A stretch of DNA of 64,000 nt. Origin: Candidatus Pacearchaeota archaeon (lineage in GTDB: Archaea; Nanobdellota; Nanobdellia; Pacearchaeales; GW2011-AR1). The DNA is taken from the NCBI GenBank assembly GCA_040879785.1, contig JBBDJR010000006.1, positions 410 through 64,409 on the forward strand, read 5' to 3'. This document shows positions 53,504 through 63,588 of the stretch, in pieces; within the stretch, counting starts at the first letter, position 1; each line of letters starts with the position of its first letter. The notes under the pieces were generated by a model. That model made no database searches. It was not told the DNA's origin and saw only the letters and a program-made list of their open reading frames with translations. The position numbers and the translations under genes are program-made.

Positions 53504-54268
53504 TTAGTGATTCCCCTCAAACATCAACAACGCAGCCATTATCAAAATTCCTATTAAGAAGGCGGCAAGCTGCAGCAACGAAGACTTAAGCTTTGGATGC
53601 TTATTCATCTCAGGAATCAAATCGCTACCAGCAATATACAAGAACCCTCCGATTGCAAAAGGAACAATGAAAAATTCTATATTTTCTATATAAGACTCCA
53701 TTACTAAAGCAAATATTAGTCCAAGGAATGCAGTCAGTGCTGAAAGGAAATTGAACATTAATGCCTTTAACTTAGAAAAGCCTCCGTGAAGCAAAATCCC
53801 AAAGTCCCCTATTTCTTGAGGTATCTCGTGCAAGACTACCGCAAGAGTCGCTGCAATCCCTACAGGAATATTAATCAAATAAGCAGCTCCAATAATCATT
53901 CCATCAACAAAATTATGCAAACCGTCACCAAAAAGAATCATGATTGAAAACGGCTCAACGTGCTCCTCCCCCACAGCCATGTGATGGTGATGCCAATGGA
54001 TAACTTTCTCTAAAATAAAAAACAATACAATTCCTCCAAGAATCATATAAGAAACGTTAAGATTAAATCCGTGTTCCTCAATCAATTCGGGCAAGAGATG
54101 TAAAAAAGCTCCTCCAAGCAAAGCTCCCGCCGCAAAACTAACTAAATAAATAAGCCATTTCTTCAGTTTATCATATTTTATTGAAAGAGTAAAAATACCT
54201 ATAAACGAAATAAAACTAACAGCCAGAACGCTTACTAGAGAATAAATCCAGATATTTAACGAAACCAT
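53504..54268 (-). CDS. ZIP-family divalent metal (zinc) transporter
   Basis: HNFVDG and HEIPQEIGDF motifs, a His-rich loop (HWHHHHM), and 7-8 TM helices. Confidence 0.9.
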   Translation of the reverse strand: MVSLNIWIYSLVSVLAVSFISFIGIFTLSIKYDKLKKWLIYLVSFAAGALLGGAFLHLLPELIEEHGFNLNVSYMILGGIVLFFILEKVIHWHHHHMAVGEEHVEPFSIMILFGDGLHNFVDGMIIGAAYLINIPVGIAATLAVVLHEIPQEIGDFGILLHGGFSKLKALMFNFLSALTAFLGLIFALVMESYIENIEFFIVPFAIGGFLYIAGSDLIPEMNKHPKLKSSLLQLAAFLIGILIMAALLMFEGNH

Positions 54269-54289
54269 CAGAAATCAGAGAAGATTAGG

Positions 54290-54297
54290 TTTATAAA
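54290..54297. promoter_or_regulatory. Palindromic TATA box TTTATAAA shared by the divergent ZIP and Fur-family genes
   Basis: Read on the minus strand it lies exactly 29 nt from ATG 54268. On the plus strand it lies 37 nt from ATG 54327. Confidence 0.55.
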
Positions 54298-54299
54298 TG

Positions 54300-54322
54300 T
54301 TATTGATTCTAATTATCAATAA
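54300..54322. promoter_or_regulatory. Candidate Fur/Zur operator TTATTGAT-N7-ATCAATAA
   Basis: Perfect 8-bp inverted repeat immediately downstream of the TATA box and upstream of the regulator gene. Confidence 0.45.
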
Positions 54323-54326
54323 TAAA

Positions 54327-54707
54327 ATGCCTAAAAAATCAAGAAACACACGACAAAAAGAACGATTAGAAGAAGAAACTAAGAAATTCAGTTCTTTCTT
54401 TACTCCGGAAGACATTTTGAAAAAAGTTAGAAAAAAAGATTCAAAATTAGGAATTGCAACCATTTACAGATTTCTTAAAAACAAAACAACCAATAACGAG
54501 ATTCATACCTACACCTGCGACAGAAAAACAATCTACTCAAAAAATGAAAAAAGCCATTGCCATTTCACCTGTGAAAAATGCGGAAAAACAGAACATCTAA
54601 AGGTTAATACAATAGGTTTTATAAAAAACAGAGTTGAAGGAGAAATTTGCCATTTTCAGATTGATGTAACAGGAATATGCAACAACTGTAAATTTAAATC
54701 TGATTAA
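54327..54707 (+). CDS. Fur-family metalloregulator (Zur-like; start trimmed to MPKKSRNTRQ)
   Basis: TRQKERLEE...GIATIYRFLK wHTH region; HCHFTCEKCGKTEH and CNNC metal sites. Confidence 0.8.
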   Translation: MPKKSRNTRQKERLEEETKKFSSFFTPEDILKKVRKKDSKLGIATIYRFLKNKTTNNEIHTYTCDRKTIYSKNEKSHCHFTCEKCGKTEHLKVNTIGFIKNRVEGEICHFQIDVTGICNNCKFKSD

Positions 54708-54745
54708 ATCCAAAACTAATTAAAACGTTTTCTGCTAAAATTATT

Positions 54746-55726
54746 ATGGAACAAAAACAAGAATTAAAACCACTTCTCGCAGAAAGAATGGAAAATCTCC
54801 TTGGAAAAGACTTCCAGAAATTTAAAGAAATTCTTAGAAAAGAGCCTCCAAAATCTATTAGGTGTAACACACTAAAAATGACTCCCGAAGAACTTAAGAA
54901 AAGGCTTACTAAAAAAAGTTGGAAGATAAAACAGCCATTTAAATCAAATCCTGAGATAATGATTGTTGAAAACGAGATTGCGCCTGGAGAACTCGGCCGT
55001 TCAATTGAACATCTTTTAGGTTATTATTATGTTCAAGACATTTCAAGCATGCTACCTATCATAGCTCTTAATCCAAAACCAGAAGAAACCGTCCTTGATT
55101 TATGCGCCGCGCCAGGAAGCAAAACAACTCAGGCGGCAGCCAAGATGGAAAACTCGGGGACGTTAATTGCAAACGAACTTAGTCTTGGAAGAGTAAAAAT
55201 TCTTGCGTCAAATACTGAAAGGTGTGGAGTAACAAATATGATAATCACAAAAAAAGAAGGCTATCTTCTCTGTAAAAAACTTAAAGAAAAGGGATTCTTA
55301 TTTGATAAGATTCTTATCGATGCCCCGTGCTCAGGAGAAGGAACCCTAAGAAGCTCAAAGATGACACATAAAATGTGGAACATACACACAGTAAAAAAAC
55401 TCTCGGGAGTGCAAAAAAACCTCCTAACATCTGCAATTGAAATCCTGAAGCCGGGCGGAGAAATCGTATACAGCACCTGCACCCACTCCCCCGAAGAAAA
55501 CGAAGAAGTGATTAACCTAATCCTTAGAAAATTCAAGGACATAAAAATTGAAAAACTCTCTCTTCCTTCAGAACTTAAAACAAATCCTGGAATCCTTGGT
55601 TGGAAAGACAAAGAATATCTTGAAGATGTAAAATACTCATGCAGAATCTACCCCCAGGACAACGATACTGAAGGTTTCTTCATTGCTAAATTAAAAAAAG
55701 AAGAGGCTAAAGAAATAACAAGATGA
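54746..55726 (+). CDS. RNA cytosine-C5 methyltransferase (NOL1/NOP2/Sun, archaeal Trm4-like)
   Basis: DLCAAPGSKTTQ, DAPCSGEG and VYSTCT motifs. Confidence 0.9.
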   Translation: MEQKQELKPLLAERMENLLGKDFQKFKEILRKEPPKSIRCNTLKMTPEELKKRLTKKSWKIKQPFKSNPEIMIVENEIAPGELGRSIEHLLGYYYVQDISSMLPIIALNPKPEETVLDLCAAPGSKTTQAAAKMENSGTLIANELSLGRVKILASNTERCGVTNMIITKKEGYLLCKKLKEKGFLFDKILIDAPCSGEGTLRSSKMTHKMWNIHTVKKLSGVQKNLLTSAIEILKPGGEIVYSTCTHSPEENEEVINLILRKFKDIKIEKLSLPSELKTNPGILGWKDKEYLEDVKYSCRIYPQDNDTEGFFIAKLKKEEAKEITR

Positions 55727-56175
55727 AAATCGTAATTAATTCGGGATACTTTGACCCTCTTCATGTAGGTCATATAGAGTGTATGGAACTTTCAAAAAAT
55801 CTCGGAGATAAGTTAGTTATAATCTTAAACAATGACAACCAGTGCATCATGAAAAAAGGCAAGGCATTCATGCCTCAAGACGAAAAAAAGAAAATCCTCG
55901 AAACATTAAAACCCGTTGATGAGGTTTTTATTTCAATAGACAAGGACAGAACCGTGTGTGAATCTCTAAAAGCCATCGCTGAGAAATACGAAGGACACGA
56001 AATAATCTTCGCTAAAGGAGGCGACAGATTTGGCAACGAAATCCCTGAAGGGAAAATATGTAATGAAAAAGGGATAAAACTCGTTGACGGCCTCGGAGAA
56101 AAAATACAATCATCATCAAACCTAACAAAAATAAAAGAAGAAAAAAATAATAAAGAAGCGGATAAAAGAAGATGA
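55723..56175 (+). CDS. Cytidylyl/adenylyltransferase-family nucleotidyltransferase
   Basis: SGYFDPLHVGHI (HxGH) motif; 150 aa. Confidence 0.75.
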   Translation: MKIVINSGYFDPLHVGHIECMELSKNLGDKLVIILNNDNQCIMKKGKAFMPQDEKKKILETLKPVDEVFISIDKDRTVCESLKAIAEKYEGHEIIFAKGGDRFGNEIPEGKICNEKGIKLVDGLGEKIQSSSNLTKIKEEKNNKEADKRR

Positions 56176-56495
56176 AAACATTAAAGTTTAAAGAAAAATT
56201 AGCAAAAATGATATTAAAAGGAGAAAAAACTAACACTTGGAGGTTGTTTGATGATAAAAATCTCTCAGAAGGGGATGAGATATCACTTGTCGTTTCGGAG
56301 ACTAAAAAAGAATTTGGCAAGGCTAAATTGATAAAAGTTATCGAAAAAAAGTTTGATAATTTGGAAGAAAAAGATTTGCAAGGACATGAAAAGTTCAGTT
56401 CAAAAGATGAAATGTATGAAACATATTCAGGATATTATAAAACAAAAGTTGGTCCTAAAACAAAATTAAAAATAATTTTCTTTAATCTAATATAA
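56172..56495 (+). CDS. ASCH-domain protein
   Basis: MKTLKFKEKLAKMILKGEKTNTWRL start pattern. Confidence 0.55.
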   Translation: MKTLKFKEKLAKMILKGEKTNTWRLFDDKNLSEGDEISLVVSETKKEFGKAKLIKVIEKKFDNLEEKDLQGHEKFSSKDEMYETYSGYYKTKVGPKTKLKIIFFNLI

Positions 56496-56497
56496 AA

Positions 56498-57007
56498 ATG
56501 AACCCTCAACACAAAACAAATAATCCAAATAAATTCACTCCCCTAAAAATCCTGAACAAGCACGAAAAAGAAGAAATTGAAAAATCACTAAATGAACAAT
56601 TCGGGATAAAAAAGGTTGAAGGAATAATTGTGCAAAAAGGAAAAGAAAGGCTTTTCTTATTTACCGGAAGTTTCAATGAAAAGGGAATAAAAAAACTTGA
56701 AGAAGACATCATAATAGAAAGGACGGGAATTTATTTTGCAAAAATCGTCCCTGGAGAAAATGCAATTAAACTAAGCATCGAAGGAACACAATTTCTTAAG
56801 GACCAAATAAAAAAGAATACATTTTCACTAAACTCGGAACAAGCAAAAAAATGGATGGAAGGAAGTGAACTACAAATTAAAACAGGCAAGCGCGGATTTC
56901 TTGCAATTAAACACGGCCCGGATTTTCTAGGGGTGGGAAAAGCGTCCGAAGAAAAAATAGGAAACTTCATTCCTAAAAGTAGAAGGTTGAGGGTGAGAGG
57001 CAGTTAG
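56498..57007 (+). CDS. PUA-like RNA-binding protein (Nip7 / RsmF C-terminal-like)
   Basis: GFLAIKHGPDFLGVGKASEEKIGNFIPKSRRL pattern. Confidence 0.5.
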   Translation: MNPQHKTNNPNKFTPLKILNKHEKEEIEKSLNEQFGIKKVEGIIVQKGKERLFLFTGSFNEKGIKKLEEDIIIERTGIYFAKIVPGENAIKLSIEGTQFLKDQIKKNTFSLNSEQAKKWMEGSELQIKTGKRGFLAIKHGPDFLGVGKASEEKIGNFIPKSRRLRVRGS

Positions 57008-57086
57008 GCTTAAAGAAGATTCTAACTTAAACAAGATTAAACAACCAAACAAACACACTTAAAAAACACCTTCCTCTCCTAAAACC

Positions 57087-58130
57087 ATGACGGAAAAACA
57101 ATACGGAGGAAATACCGGAAGAGGCTCGGGAGAGAATTCAGCTAGAGTAAATGTTGAAAGATTAAAACCTCATCTTAACGAGACTCAAAATAAAAATCAA
57201 AAAGATATCTCCTCTGAAGAAGACTATAAAAGAATGAACAAAGAAGATAAAGAAAAGATAATCAAGGCGGGCAAAATAGCGTCGGAAGTAAAAGCCTGGA
57301 TAAAACCACAAATAAAAAAAGACATGTCTTTAGTTGAAATAGCAGAGAAAATTGAATCCCGGATTTTTGAACTCGGAGGAGAGCCGGCATTCCCTGTAAA
57401 TCTAAGCATTGACAATGTTGCAGCACACTACACTCCGAGCCACGACGACGAAACAAAGGCGCACGGATTACTAAAAGTTGACTTCGGCGTGCATATAGAC
57501 GGCTGGACTGCAGACAACGCTTTCTCAATAGACCTTGAAAACAACGAAGAAAACAAGAAACTGATAGAAGCCTCAAAAGAAGCGCTTGAAAACGCAATAG
57601 AAATTGTCAGAGAAAACAAAGAACAAACTTCAACAAACCAAATCGGAAAAAAGATTCAGGAAACAATTGAATCCAATGGATTTTCTCCAGTCATAAATCT
57701 CTCAGGACATAGTATGGAGCAATACCAACTCCATTCAGGAATAACAATCCCAAATGTCGGTGGCGGAAAAGAAGACATATTAAATGAAGGACTTTATGCA
57801 ATTGAACCTTTCGCAACAAACGGGAGCGGAAAAGTCAAAGACGGAAAACCTTCAGGAATTTATGAACTAATTTCAGAAAAAGGCGTAAGAAGCCCCATAG
57901 CAAGAGAGGTTCTCAAATTCATAACCGAAGAATACGAAACTCTTCCTTTCTGTTCAAGGTGGATTGTAAAAAAATTCGGAACTAAAGCCCTCTTCGGATT
58001 AAAACAACTTGAAGACAACGGGAACCTCCATCATTTCTCACAGCTTGCAGAGATTTCTGGAAGCAAGGTCAGTCAGGCAGAACAAACAATTCTGATTGAA
58101 AAAGATAAAGTGATTGTGACGACAGAATAA
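57087..58130 (+). CDS. map: Methionine aminopeptidase type 2
   Basis: AHYTP, DFGVHIDGWTADNAFS, GHSMEQYQLHSG, AIEPFAT and QAEQT motifs. Confidence 0.9.
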   Translation: MTEKQYGGNTGRGSGENSARVNVERLKPHLNETQNKNQKDISSEEDYKRMNKEDKEKIIKAGKIASEVKAWIKPQIKKDMSLVEIAEKIESRIFELGGEPAFPVNLSIDNVAAHYTPSHDDETKAHGLLKVDFGVHIDGWTADNAFSIDLENNEENKKLIEASKEALENAIEIVRENKEQTSTNQIGKKIQETIESNGFSPVINLSGHSMEQYQLHSGITIPNVGGGKEDILNEGLYAIEPFATNGSGKVKDGKPSGIYELISEKGVRSPIAREVLKFITEEYETLPFCSRWIVKKFGTKALFGLKQLEDNGNLHHFSQLAEISGSKVSQAEQTILIEKDKVIVTTE

Positions 58131-58171
58131 TTATGAAGAAAACTAGTTGTGTGCAATATTACTCAGACTTG

Positions 58172-58699
58172 CTAAGAAATGTATGTAAAAATATCACTTA
58201 GTTTTTTGATGGCTCTCTTTACTTGTGTTTTCTTTGGCTCGTATTCAGATTCAATTAACAAAGCATCAATCCCATTCTTTTTTGCAGGTTCAAAATCCCA
58301 TTTATAACTATCACCCACCATCAGTGCTTTTGATTTCGGAATTTTTTTCTTTTTTAGAATTTTGACAATCTTTCTACCTTTAGATTTGTTGATGCCTTTA
58401 TCTGGAGTTGCATAAACTTCGTCAAATAGTTTGTCTAATTTGAAGTGTTTAATTTTCTGATTGATTATGACCTCTGCCTCTTTTGGCGGATGAGGATGTG
58501 TAGAAAGAACAACTGCCAAGATTCCCATTTTCTTTAATCTTCTTAATGTTGTTAACGCTGTCGGTGTTAAAACTAAATGATTGCTGTGATCTTTGAACCT
58601 TTTATCTCTATAAAGCCAAACAGGATGCTTTGTATATCTTGTTTTCTTTGGATGCCAAAGAGTTCCATCACCATCAAAAAATATTATTTTCTTTTTCAT
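58172..58699 (-). CDS. HAD-superfamily hydrolase
   Basis: IIFFDGDGTLW (DxDxT) and MVGDSYKWD motifs. Confidence 0.8.
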   Translation of the reverse strand: MKKKIIFFDGDGTLWHPKKTRYTKHPVWLYRDKRFKDHSNHLVLTPTALTTLRRLKKMGILAVVLSTHPHPPKEAEVIINQKIKHFKLDKLFDEVYATPDKGINKSKGRKIVKILKKKKIPKSKALMVGDSYKWDFEPAKKNGIDALLIESEYEPKKTQVKRAIKKLSDIFTYIS

Positions 58700-58769
58700 C
58701 TTTTATTATTAATATTTTTATATATTATTAAATGTAACACAAGTCCTGCGTCATACTGTCGCCTTCGGC

Positions 58770-58830
58770 GATTTTTTCTTTCAGAAAAAACCCTCGAGGT
58801 CACTTCGTTTCGCTCGGGCCCTACGGATTT
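58770..58830 (-). terminator. Hairpin plus T-run carrying the GAGCGAAACGAAGTGA family motif (orphan copy, no tRNA)
   Basis: The minus strand reads CCCGAG-CGAAACGAAGTGAC-CTCGAGGG-TTTTTT directly after the stop of 58832..59131. Confidence 0.4.
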
Positions 58831-58831
58831 T

Positions 58832-59131
58832 TTAATCGCGAACGTTGTCTAAAATCCTATAAAAACCATAAGGATGATTTATTGGAGCTTTCGAGGAATC
58901 ATTAAACTTAATTTCTTTTACCATTTCTTCGAGAACCAAATCATCTATAATCCTGCTTGCCAAATCATTTGCATCTCTATGTGCTAAATCTAAATCGCCT
59001 CCATTAACTCTCATATTTTCATAAGCTAAACACAAAACAGGATGAAGAAGAATTACATGTCCCTTATTCTCTCCAAGAAGATTATATGTTATTTTTCTTG
59101 CTTGGTTATATATCTCCCTCTTTTCATCCAT
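58832..59131 (-). CDS. Hypothetical protein
   Basis: 99-aa ORF. Confidence 0.55.
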   Translation of the reverse strand: MDEKREIYNQARKITYNLLGENKGHVILLHPVLCLAYENMRVNGGDLDLAHRDANDLASRIIDDLVLEEMVKEIKFNDSSKAPINHPYGFYRILDNVRD

Positions 59132-59182
59132 AAAAACAAAGATATACTTGCCACTTAAAAGGATTATTGTATTAGAAACGGA

Positions 59183-61468
59183 CTAACCGAGATATCCACT
59201 TTCAGAAGGGACAGCGGAGCCGGCAGATTTTACCATATTATCCTCTATCTTTTTATACACTTCAAGAAGAGGTTTGCTTACACTAGGTTTCACTTTCTTC
59301 ATTGCTTCGTCAAAATGCTTGCTCTTAACAACCTTCGCATCTTTTGATTCTCTAAGAGCAATCATCGCTGCCTCTCTAGCAAGAGCCTCAAGGTCTGCAC
59401 CAGTGTATCCTTCAGTTTTCTTAGCTAGGCTCTTTAGATTTATATCCTTAGGCATGTTCTTAGTGTGGATTCCTAAAATCTGTTCTCTTCCTTTCTCTTC
59501 AGGAGCCCCTACCAAAAGAATTTTGTCAAATCTCCCTGGGCGCAAGAGAGCAGGATCCAACATGTCTGGTCTGTTTGTTGCGCCGATAACAAGAACATCA
59601 TTCAAATCTTCAAGTCCGTCCATCTCTGCGAGCATCTGGTTTAATACACGTTCTGTAACTTTAGCTCCTCCTGAACTTCCTCCTCTTTTACCTGCAAGAG
59701 AATCAATCTCGTCAAAGAAAATCACACATGGAGAAACCTGCCTTGCCCTCTCAAAAACCTTCCTCATACCTTCCTCAGATTTCCCGACCCACATACTCAA
59801 TAAACTAGGTCCTTTAACCTGGATGAAGTTCGCTTCGGATTCTTTAGCAACAGCTTTAGCCAGTAACGTCTTTCCGGTTCCGGGAGGCCCGTAAAGTAAA
59901 ATCCCTCGAGAAGGTCTTATCCCCATTCTCTTAAATCTATCAGGATATTTCAAAGGCCACTCGACAGCCTCCTGAAGTTCTTGCTTAATCTTTAAAAGTC
60001 CTCCGACTTCTTTCCATCCTAAACTAGGCGTCTCGACGAGAACCTCTCTCATTGCGCTAGGCCTTACAACTTTTAGAGACTCCATAAAATCTTTCTGGCT
60101 AATCACCAGATTATCAAGTTCTTCACTAGGTATCTCTTCATCTCCATCAAGTTTTATTCTTGGGAGAAGATTCCTTAAAACATTCATAGCAGCTTCCTTA
60201 ACAAGAGATTCCAAATCCGCCCCGACAAACCCGTGAGTTGTAGAAGCAAGCTCATTCAAATTAACATTTTTCGTTAAAGGCATCCCTCTTGTATGAATTT
60301 TAAGTATTGCAAGGCGACCCTCCTTACTAGGAACATTCATTTCTATTTCTCTGTCAAAACGGCCGGGTCTCCTCAAAGCAGGGTCAATAGAATTGATTCT
60401 GTTTGTTGCGCCGATAACAATAACTTTCCCTCTGGATTTAAGTCCGTCCATCATAGAAAGAAGCTGTGAAACAACACGCCTCTCGACCTCTCCCTGGACA
60501 TCCTCTCTCTTAGGAGCTATTGCATCAATCTCGTCAATAAATATAATTGTCGGAGCCGTCTTCTCTGCCTCTTCAAAAATATCCCTTATCTTCTTTTCAG
60601 ACTCTCCATAAAATTTACTCATAATCTCAGGACCATTAAGCAAAACAAAATTAGCCTCTGACTCGTTCGCAACTGCCTTCGCCAAAAGTGTTTTTCCGGT
60701 TCCAGGAGGCCCGTGAAGAAGAACACCTTTAGGAGGACTAACACCCAATTTATGGAAAATCTCAGGATGTTTCATTGGAATCTCAACCATCTCTCTTATC
60801 TTCCTTATCTCCTCACCCAATCCACCTATATCCTCATAATTTATCTCAGGAATATTTTCTTCAGTAATCTCAACTGCTTTAGGATTAAGAGAAACTTGCG
60901 TATTTTCTGTAACTATCACGGGCTGATTAGGGCTCGCACTTGCAACCAAGAACTTTATCTGAGTAAATCCTCCAGTCTGACCAAATCCCATATTCCCCAA
61001 CATATCTCCAAGAACATCTCCAAACTCAGAACCAAACTCATCCGAAAGAAGATCCTTCCTTCTCTGAACTCCCCCTAAAACAACAACATCTCCTTTTGTA
61101 ACAACCCTTCCCAACAAACCACGCCTTAGACTTGCAGGGTCTGCCTGAACCATTATATTTTTTTGTGTAGGAGCAATAACTATTTTTTTAGCCTCTTTAA
61201 CTTCTGCCTTAGAAACTGTAACCGTTTCTCCGATTCCGGTCTTAGCATTCCTTCTTATAATCCCATCCACACGAATTATATTCTCACCAACATCTGCAGG
61301 ATACGCCCTGTCAACAATAGCAACACCCTCTCTATTTCCTTTAACCTTTATAACATCCCCTCTTTTAACTCCCAAGTCTCTCATAACTTCTCCGTCTATT
61401 CTCGCAATTCCTTTATATGCATCATCCTGCTGAGCTTCAACAACCTTAAGCTGAATTTCTTTAGTCAT
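59183..61468 (-). CDS. cdc48: CDC48/VCP-type AAA+ ATPase
   Basis: N domain ([16 protein letters not shown]) and two GPPGTGKT Walker A motifs with DEID Walker B motifs. Confidence 0.95.
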   Translation of the reverse strand: MTKEIQLKVVEAQQDDAYKGIARIDGEVMRDLGVKRGDVIKVKGNREGVAIVDRAYPADVGENIIRVDGIIRRNAKTGIGETVTVSKAEVKEAKKIVIAPTQKNIMVQADPASLRRGLLGRVVTKGDVVVLGGVQRRKDLLSDEFGSEFGDVLGDMLGNMGFGQTGGFTQIKFLVASASPNQPVIVTENTQVSLNPKAVEITEENIPEINYEDIGGLGEEIRKIREMVEIPMKHPEIFHKLGVSPPKGVLLHGPPGTGKTLLAKAVANESEANFVLLNGPEIMSKFYGESEKKIRDIFEEAEKTAPTIIFIDEIDAIAPKREDVQGEVERRVVSQLLSMMDGLKSRGKVIVIGATNRINSIDPALRRPGRFDREIEMNVPSKEGRLAILKIHTRGMPLTKNVNLNELASTTHGFVGADLESLVKEAAMNVLRNLLPRIKLDGDEEIPSEELDNLVISQKDFMESLKVVRPSAMREVLVETPSLGWKEVGGLLKIKQELQEAVEWPLKYPDRFKRMGIRPSRGILLYGPPGTGKTLLAKAVAKESEANFIQVKGPSLLSMWVGKSEEGMRKVFERARQVSPCVIFFDEIDSLAGKRGGSSGGAKVTERVLNQMLAEMDGLEDLNDVLVIGATNRPDMLDPALLRPGRFDKILLVGAPEEKGREQILGIHTKNMPKDINLKSLAKKTEGYTGADLEALAREAAMIALRESKDAKVVKSKHFDEAMKKVKPSVSKPLLEVYKKIEDNMVKSAGSAVPSESGYLG

Positions 61469-61469
61469 T

Positions 61470-61865
61470 TTATTTTCTTAATTTCCTTTGATTATTTATT
61501 TGATTTATTCTTTCCATTTCTTTGTCAATTCCTCCAAAATTTAATGAAAGTCTGCCGAAATCCTCAAAACAAAGCCTTACCATATTGTCCATAACTTTTT
61601 CCTGCTCTCGGATAAAAGAAACAATCTCTTTGGGAATCGAAACGGCATAACTATTTCCAACGAGCCTCATCTTTACCTTAAATTCTTTGTTTCTTAAATT
61701 TATAAATCTGTTGTATTCCTGCTCGTCCGAAGGATGGATTATCTTTTCTCCACAACCCGGGCAAACAACCGCCCTCAAAAGAAATCCTTTTCTAACTACT
61801 TTAGCTTTCTTCATTTCCTTATCACACTTTCTGCAAGATATTTTATTATCAAATAAGTCTGCCAT
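61470..61865 (-). CDS. Zinc-ribbon plus AbrB/SpoVT-like domain protein
   Basis: CRKC..CPGC and [14 protein letters not shown]. Starts 1 nt upstream of the cdc48 start. Confidence 0.55.
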   Translation of the reverse strand: MADLFDNKISCRKCDKEMKKAKVVRKGFLLRAVVCPGCGEKIIHPSDEQEYNRFINLRNKEFKVKMRLVGNSYAVSIPKEIVSFIREQEKVMDNMVRLCFEDFGRLSLNFGGIDKEMERINQINNQRKLRK

Positions 61866-61991
61866 TTTGTTTAAATTGATTAATATGCAACCGTGTCAAA
61901 AGACACGGCCGGGTTGAAAAGAGGTGTGAGGATATACCTCTCGTGTATACAGACAAAGAACTACTATTTAAATATTTCGGTGCTTAAAAAA

Positions 61992-62306
61992 CTAATTTAG
62001 TCCACCTTTATAATCCGAAATTCCTACCTTTGTAAATTCAGGAACAAAATGAACTAATTCTCCTTTATTCATTGACCTAACTTTTTCCATAAATTCCTGC
62101 CTTTCTTCAAATAACGAGCCTCCATAAATTTCCTCATAGCACTCTTTATGAAGCTGTCCAGCCCCTTCAACATAATAATCTCTATCTCTTATATGAGTTA
62201 TCTTATTTACACTAGTCCCCTCTCCGCAAGAAACACAAACCTCTAACCCAATCTTCTCAGAAGGAAATTCAATAAGATTGAAATCAGAGACTCTAAACTT
62301 TCCCAT
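61992..62306 (-). CDS. Hypothetical CxxC protein
   Basis: 104-aa ORF containing CVSCGEG. Confidence 0.5.
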   Translation of the reverse strand: MGKFRVSDFNLIEFPSEKIGLEVCVSCGEGTSVNKITHIRDRDYYVEGAGQLHKECYEEIYGGSLFEERQEFMEKVRSMNKGELVHFVPEFTKVGISDYKGGLN

Positions 62307-62383
62307 AAAAACCCAACAAAAACAGATTATTTAAAAATATGTGTAATAAAACAATTTAAAAACAAAAAAAGCTAAACCTCATT

Positions 62384-63004
62384 ATGCCACTCAAAAAAGA
62401 GATTAAAAGTTACTATAAAAAATTCTGGGACTTGCTCTGGAACGACGACAGCTTCAAAGGATGGCTATTCTCAATAATTGTTATATTTGTGTTCATAAGA
62501 TTCATATTCTTTCCTCTTTTAATATTTCTAACCGGAACCCCTCTGCCTCTCGCGATTGTTGAATCTTGCAGCATGTATCATGACGGAAACTTACTCTCAG
62601 ACACAGATTCATGGTGGGAAGAAAATGCAAATAGATACTCAGAATTCTCAATAAATAAAACAGATTTTGATGGTTTCCCAATGAAAAAAGGTCTCAATAA
62701 GGGAGATATTCTCTTTATCGTGGGAGCGAATACTGATAATCTTGATGTAGGAGACATAATAGTTTTTAATACAAATCAAAAAACCCCTATCATTCATAGA
62801 ATTATCAAGATAGAAGAATCTAATGGAAGGAGGGTATTTTCAACAATGGGAGATGATGTAGGACACGTACAATTCTTTGAAGAGGAGATAAGAGAAAACC
62901 AAATCGTCGGTAAAGCTGTTTTTAAAGCAGCACCCTATCTGGGATGGATAAAACTCGCGTTCTTTGAGTGGCAAAGACCTAACGAACAAAGAGGTCTTTG
63001 TTAA
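62384..63004 (+). CDS. Signal peptidase I, archaeal/ER type (S26B)
   Basis: TM anchor, VESCSMYH (Ser box), GDIIVF, IIHRII and MGDD boxes. Confidence 0.7.
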   Translation: MPLKKEIKSYYKKFWDLLWNDDSFKGWLFSIIVIFVFIRFIFFPLLIFLTGTPLPLAIVESCSMYHDGNLLSDTDSWWEENANRYSEFSINKTDFDGFPMKKGLNKGDILFIVGANTDNLDVGDIIVFNTNQKTPIIHRIIKIEESNGRRVFSTMGDDVGHVQFFEEEIRENQIVGKAVFKAAPYLGWIKLAFFEWQRPNEQRGLC

Positions 63005-63027
63005 TACAACGGTTTTGTTCAAAAAAT

Positions 63028-63200
63028 AGATTTTTACTCCAACTCATTAAACAGAAATATACTGCTCGCTCCGCTCGCAAATTACCAAAACAACTAAAAA
63101 AATTAAATAAAAAACAAACGCGGATTTATGGTTAACATGGGTCGGGAGGGCGGGACCTAAGAACTTATTAAGAATAGGATACTAATTAAACAAACCCGAA
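63028..63200 (+). repeat. Dispersed intergenic repeat, copy 2, with G-quadruplex motif
   Basis: TGCTCGCTCCGCTCGCA (63063-63079) and GGGTCGGGAGGGCGGG (63139-63154). Collinear with 6299-6470. Confidence 0.6.
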
Positions 63201-63249
63201 TACAACGGAAGCTTTTTAAACAAAGTTATGTAGGAAATATAACTAAAAA

Positions 63250-63558
63250 ATGGAATTTTGTCCTAAATGTGGTGCAGTCCTTGTCCAAAAAACAAAGAGA
63301 GACGGATGTCCCAGGTGCAATTATTCTTCAAAAACTAAGGTCAAGCTAAAAACCTCTGAAAAAATTGGGGAGAAAAAGAGAATTAATGTCGTTTCTGAAA
63401 AAGACTCTGAAGTCCATCCCGTAATAGAGGAAAAATGTCCTAAATGCAACAATAAAAAAGCTTATTTCTGGACAATGCAAACACGCGCGGCAGACGAAAC
63501 AGAAACAAAATTCTTCAAATGCACAAAATGCGCAAACACCTGGAGAGACTATCAATAG
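63250..63558 (+). CDS. tfs: Transcription factor S (TFIIS-like Zn-ribbon)
   Basis: CPKC..CPRC N-ribbon; CPKCNNKKAYFWTMQTRAADETETKFFKCTKCANTWR C-ribbon. Confidence 0.9.
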   Translation: MEFCPKCGAVLVQKTKRDGCPRCNYSSKTKVKLKTSEKIGEKKRINVVSEKDSEVHPVIEEKCPKCNNKKAYFWTMQTRAADETETKFFKCTKCANTWRDYQ

Positions 63559-63588
63559 GTTTTTAACTTGTTCTAATTTTATTTTACG

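Noticed and set aside
59274-61594. Plus-strand ORFs antisense to cdc48
   Set aside because: They overlap a gene with unambiguous AAA+ motifs, and their composition is antisense-like.
6299-63200. 57-kb integrated element bounded by the two G4-containing direct repeats
   Set aside because: The interval is filled with core housekeeping genes (aaRS, RFC, PolB, FEN1, CDC48) and has no integrase. The repeats are better explained as a dispersed promoter-proximal element.
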